64,000 nucleotides of DNA from Nemertoderma westbladi (lineage: Eukaryota; Animalia; Xenacoelomorpha): positions 25,571 through 89,570 of the forward strand of contig JAUCBJ010006359.1 of assembly GCA_032718475.1 (NCBI GenBank), written 5' to 3'. Within the stretch, counting starts at the first letter, position 1. Each line of letters begins with the position of its first letter. Shown here piece after piece: positions 59,185 to 64,000 of this stretch. The notes under the pieces were generated by a model. It saw only the letters and a list, made by a program, of their open reading frames with translations. It was not told where the DNA came from and did no database searches. The translations under genes were made by a program, and so were the position numbers.

Positions 59185-60065
59185 ATCTTTTGTGTTTACC
59201 AATACTATTGCTGGAGCTTGGCAACGTCGCGATCTTCGCGATATTTTGTGTTTACCAATACTATAATAGGTGTAGCTTGGCAAACATCGCGCGAAATTTC
59301 GTGTTTACCAATAATATAGGTGGAGCTTGGCAAACGTCCCACGAAATTTTGTGTTTACCAATACTATAGGTGGAGCTTGGCAAAGGTCGCGCGAAATTTT
59401 GTGTTTACCAATACTATAGGTGGAGCTTGGCAAAGGTCGCGCGAAATTTTGTGTTTACCAATACTATAGGTGGAGCTTGGCAAAGGTCGCGCAAAATTTT
59501 GTGTTTACGAATACTATAAGTGGAGCTTGGCAAACGTCCCACGAAATTTTGTGTTTACCAATACTACAGGTGGAGCTTGGCAAACGTCCCACGAAATTTT
59601 GTGTTTACCAATACTATAAGTGGAGCTTGGCAAACGTCCCACGAAATTTTGTGTTTACCAATACTACAGGTGGAGCTTGGCAAACATCGTGCGAAATTTT
59701 GTGTTTACCAATACTATAGGTGGAGCTTGGCAAACGTCGTGCGAAATTTTGTGTTTACCAATACTATTGGTGGAGCTTGGCAAAGGTCGCGCCAAATATT
59801 GTGTTTACCAATACTATAGGTGGAGCTTGGCAAAGGTCGCGCGAAATTTTGTGTTTACCAATACTATAGGTGGAGCTTCGCAAATGTTGCGATCTTCGCG
59901 AAATTTTGTGTTTACCAATACTATAGGTGGAGCTTCGCAAATGTTGCGATCTTCGCGAAATTTTGTGTTTACCAATACTATAGGTGGAGCTTGGCAAACG
60001 TCGCGCGAAATTTTGTGTTTACCAATACTATAGGTGGAGCTTCAGAAACGTCGCGATCTTTGCGA
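59185..60065 (+). repeat. 50-bp tandem repeat (CAAACGTCGCGCGAAATTTTGTGTTTACCAATACTATAGGTGGAGCTTGG)
   Basis: About 16 units, a few lengthened by an internal GATCTTCGC-type insert; preceded by TAGGGATGTGCCGG at 59086, which resembles a hAT-type end. Confidence 0.92.
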
Positions 60066-60884
60066 ATGTTCTAGAATATTTTTAAAAGTAATCAATATCT
60101 TACAATCATTTTTTATAACTGTTCTATAAGAAAATATATTAGTTCTAGAGATTAAAGTATTTTTATATAAATCGCTAATATTATGTTCGAGAATATTTTC
60201 AAAAGGGTAACAAAATCTATACAAAAACAATAAGAAATTTGTTTTAATGTTCTGTAACTAATTGTATTAGTTCTAGAATAAAACTTATTTGTAAATATAA
60301 TATAGCTAACATGTACACTCACAAAATAGCTAGCTTCTAATTTTTATGATACAGCTACTACCACATAATTATCCATTATGGCAATGAATTTGAACATTTC
60401 TTCAGCCATTTTTGCGAAATTTCTCAAACTTTATTAATATTATTAATTAGAGGAATAATATTATAGGTAGAGCTACGCAAACATAGCAAGGTTTCAGGTC
60501 TTAATGACAAAGAGAAAATAAATACAGCAATACCCGCACTGTCCAAAAAATGGCGCACATTACTACTATCGGCTACTAATATTTTAACTAATATTTTCGA
60601 AACTAATATTTTTGCACCATAACCTACCCTGATTTGATATTTGATAATTTGATTTTTTTTTTATTGATTTTATATTTTTAAATGTTAATTAAATATGAAA
60701 CTGAAATGAAATTTAGTGCAAATTGAGAAATAGAACGAAGTAATAATAGCTGTAGTTTTATACTCTCTGAGTTAAATTAGATTTACTGAAGTTTCCAAAT
60801 TGCCTGTCGAATATATAAACAGGTCATTTACGGTGGTAACCTTAATCTTAATTAATAAATTAAGCCAGGTTCTCACATACTCAC

Positions 60885-61177
60885 ATCTGGAGTTTAGACT
60901 CAAGGTCTAGGAGGAGAAAGATATGGAGTTCATTGTTGGTGGAAAAGGGGAAAGATCGGCGAAAATCATCAATCCATTCATGCTGATTTGCCTCAAATAA
61001 AGAAAGGGCGATGGTCAATTGCACGTTCAAACAGAATTCAAACAGAATCTGGCAAATGTTGTTCGTATAGAACGGCAAAGTTGTGTAGAGTTGGCCTCAG
61101 TCAATACCATTTTCCACTTGCCGTTATATCCTGTAGTAGCCCCAGTTTTGAACCTCACCTTGAACTGTGAGCATGTC
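60885..61177 (-). pseudogene. Exon-like segment broken by an 11-bp tandem duplication
   Basis: TAG|..|GTGAGT boundaries. Removing one TTCAAACAGAA copy (61026-61047) gives a 282-nt open phase-2/2 exon (93 aa, unidentified). Confidence 0.45.
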
Positions 61178-61790
61178 CTAATATGTAATACTTAATTTTA
61201 TTTATAGCTCTTGAAAATCCTTCTTATTAGTTGTTACTGGAGGTGTTAAGTGATTAGTGATTCAGCTGTTCACTCTCTGCCCACTGTGTAAAGTGCAATA
61301 GGGACAGGAAATGCTTGATTATATTAATTATATTTCATTGGTGTTTTACTGTGTTCTTGGTCTATCATTATTATTAATTTACAACATTATTACCTTCTTA
61401 TCAATAAACAGATTATCGCCTGTCCGAGATGGGCGATAATCTGTTTATCATGTACAGTATATTCAAGCTTATTGCGCTGATAAATTTTGTGAGCTACTTT
61501 TGTATCTTTCACGTTTTGGATAACGCAGACCTCACTGAAACAAACACACACTTGCAATCCCCCCCCCCCCTCCCTCCCTCCCCAGTTGTCCGAACATTAC
61601 TAGTCATTATAATTGATGGGAATTGTTGCTCTTTTCGTGTTTTGACTGTCTTTGATGTTTAGCAAATGTTGATGTCTGTCACCGGAAGCATCTGCAAATC
61701 TCTTTCTATTATTGGGGTTGCTGAAACTCATCTTATGACGAATTTAGGCACTGCAGTAATAACTGTATATATAAACATAACATAAACATA

Positions 61791-64000
61791 TAGGTGTACC
61801 CGGAAAAAAATGTTACCAAGCCAAATTTGGTATAATTAGAAGCGCAAATTTATGCTCTTTAAGAATATCGAAAGTCCTCCGCACCATACCTTGGGCAACT
61901 TTTTTTATAGCCATTTTCGTGAACCCTATCCATAAGTAAAATCAATTCAAATTTACTTGATCTTCACTTGGAATATTTCATCGTTGCTAAGAGACAATGT
62001 AATATTTCATATTCTTATCTGTTAATTACATACATAATTGTATACATAATATAGACTGAAATTTACAGGTGTTAGCTAGTAGTTTACCCCACTCACGCCT
62101 GGTTGCTGGCGTTATATTGGTTCCAAGGCAAGCAAAGCTTGAATTTGACCTATTATTTTTATTATTACGCTCTCCAAACTTAGTAATGAGTTAGATCTGG
62201 GGTCTAGTTATGCATGGCTTGACTCATCAACTGAACATACTGTAAGGGACATGCCTATCAAAAGACTCGACTGGCTTGTATGCACACTAGTTGGACACTG
62301 AAAATATAATGGGGTATGGTAAATTCCATATAGACATCATCTCAACATTTCACAATAAAAAATTTCGTTCTTTATTCGTCACTTTCGGGCACCGGTAGGA
62401 CACTTAGCTATTATGGTATCTAGCTAATTTTTCAAAAAATTCAATATTAATTTTTTTAAATGCAAAAATTTCATGATTAAATTATTCCTCGACATCGATG
62501 CAACAAATAATCAAAATATTATATTCTGGAACACTGTTGTGGTAGCTAGTAAAAATTTGTCAAAACCTAATAGGCAATTATTTTAGTAAGTTTAAATTTT
62601 AATAAGTTAGTACTGGTAGTAAGTAAGTTTTGTAAGTTTTCTAATGCAAATTTTATACTTGGAAATACATTATAAAGTGATTCTATCATGTTTTCTTTCT
62701 GTTTTAGAAAATGTTCTACAAATTTAGTAGATATGTTTTTTTTATGGTAGCTAGTATTTTTTTACTCGCTAGTATTTATTGAAATTATAAAAAAAATGTC
62801 AAAAAATTGATATTTCAGGTTTAAACTACAACAGGATAACCAAATGTTTACAGTTTATAAAAATTTTTTTAATTACAAAAAATACTAGCTAGTAAAAAAT
62901 AACACTACAGGAGCTACCATAAAAAACATATCTACGAATTTTATAGACCATTCAACAAAACCAAAAAAACGTTAAAAAACACGATTAAAGGAATGGTGAA
63001 AAAATGGCAGGGGGTGTCGACAGGAAAAAGTATGGACCCTTTTTGCTTTACTAGCGCCCATGGATCTCTTTTTGAGGAAAATTCTCATATGAATTAACTA
63101 CATAAAATCTGTAGTGATGAAATATGAAATCTTGGATGCAGTCCACACCAATGTCAAAAAATAAACAATAAAAATAATTTATAATTTGAAATCTAATGGT
63201 CCATGAATGTATATTTTTCTTTTGATATACCAGTACAGTAGCAATATTTTATATTAATATTACAAATGAACATGGAAGAAGTAAGTAAGAAAACAAAATT
63301 TAATGGAAATAATATGTGTGTTATTTGTGGCAACAAATTCCAGTCTGTGGCTGATCAAGTAACTGTTACTCGTGGACTGCCTAATCTCATAACTTATAGT
63401 GAGCTGCATGGTATAGAGGATCTTCACAGACATCTTGTTCAACAGTCTACTACTGTACCTCCTGGCGTCGTTCTTGTTCACAAAGAATGCCGTCGCCAAT
63501 TTGTTGATTCAAAACGTTTAAAACCTACAGATGAACATGAACAACAAGCATCATCATTCACCAAGAGGCAGAAACTTCGTTCCACATGCTGCGAATTTCA
63601 GTGGAAGATGCACTGCTTTTTCTGTGGATGTAAAGTGCTATTTGATAAGAAGCATCCAAATAGAGACAAAGATTCTAGAATTGTCAGAACGATTCCTTTT
63701 CATGACGAAATGCTCCAGAAATGTATTCAGCGTGGGGGAGATGCATGGTCAATAGAAGTACAGGGCCGTCTGGAAAGCTGTATAGACCTTGTTGCAGTTG
63801 ATGCCATTTACCATAAATCATGCCACACTCGCTTTTGTTCGAGTAGAAATTTAAGTCCTTTAAGAGGGAAACTTCTCCCACCCAGTCTTGGTCGCGGTCG
63901 TCCAGAGAACCATTCAATATTGCAAGTCTTCAATGAATTGTGCGAATGGCTGGAGGATGAAGCTGAGTTATACACTCTTGGGGAGCTTCATGATCAAATG
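61791..64000 (+). mobile_element. Left part of a DNA transposon, possibly Academ-like
   Basis: Candidate terminus TAGGTGTACCCGG, internal inverted repeat (~62700-62950), then a large ORF. The right end is outside the window. Confidence 0.45.
63266..64000 (+). CDS. N-terminus (245 aa, runs off the window) of a Cys/His-rich transposon protein
   Basis: Not in the ORF track (no stop). Manual translation is open: CVICG..VHKECRRQF..FQWKMHCFFCG..DLVAVDAIYHKSCHTRF..GRP..FNELCEWLE, motifs I associate with large Academ-type transposases. Confidence 0.7.
   Translation, partial: MNMEEVSKKTKFNGNNMCVICGNKFQSVADQVTVTRGLPNLITYSELHGIEDLHRHLVQQSTTVPPGVVLVHKECRRQFVDSKRLKPTDEHEQQASSFTKRQKLRSTCCEFQWKMHCFFCGCKVLFDKKHPNRDKDSRIVRTIPFHDEMLQKCIQRGGDAWSIEVQGRLESCIDLVAVDAIYHKSCHTRFCSSRNLSPLRGKLLPPSLGRGRPENHSILQVFNELCEWLEDEAELYTLGELHDQM

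Noticed and set aside
59185-60065. CRISPR-like appearance of the 50-bp array (and the other arrays)
   Set aside because: No unique spacers, no cas genes, eukaryotic context.

Overview
AT-rich, intron-containing eukaryotic DNA, probably from an invertebrate animal. About half the window is simple tandem arrays (28, 22, 37, 21, 23/28 and 50 bp units), and these explain nearly all the giant 'ORFs' in the track. Real coding content: (1) two minus-strand exons of a WDR59-like WD40 gene separated by a ~26.6 kb satellite-filled intron; (2) a young, intact ~15.4 kb BEL/Pao LTR retrotransposon (38926-54347, minus strand); (3) degraded LINE, SINE, MITE and Helitron pieces, the Helitron next to a spliced OB-fold gene; (4) the start of a large DNA-transposon ORF at the right edge. 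The BEL/Pao element is the most unusual object. It has an extra triple-CCHC zinc-knuckle ORF where env would sit (possibly joined to an upstream ORF by a -1 frameshift at G GAU UUA), a 17-nt quasi-palindromic motif repeated 7 times across it in different reading frames, three hairpins before gag, a tRNA-derived Pol III-type unit in each LTR, non-TG/CA ends, and no visible PBS or TSD. Everything was read by eye; no database searches were run.
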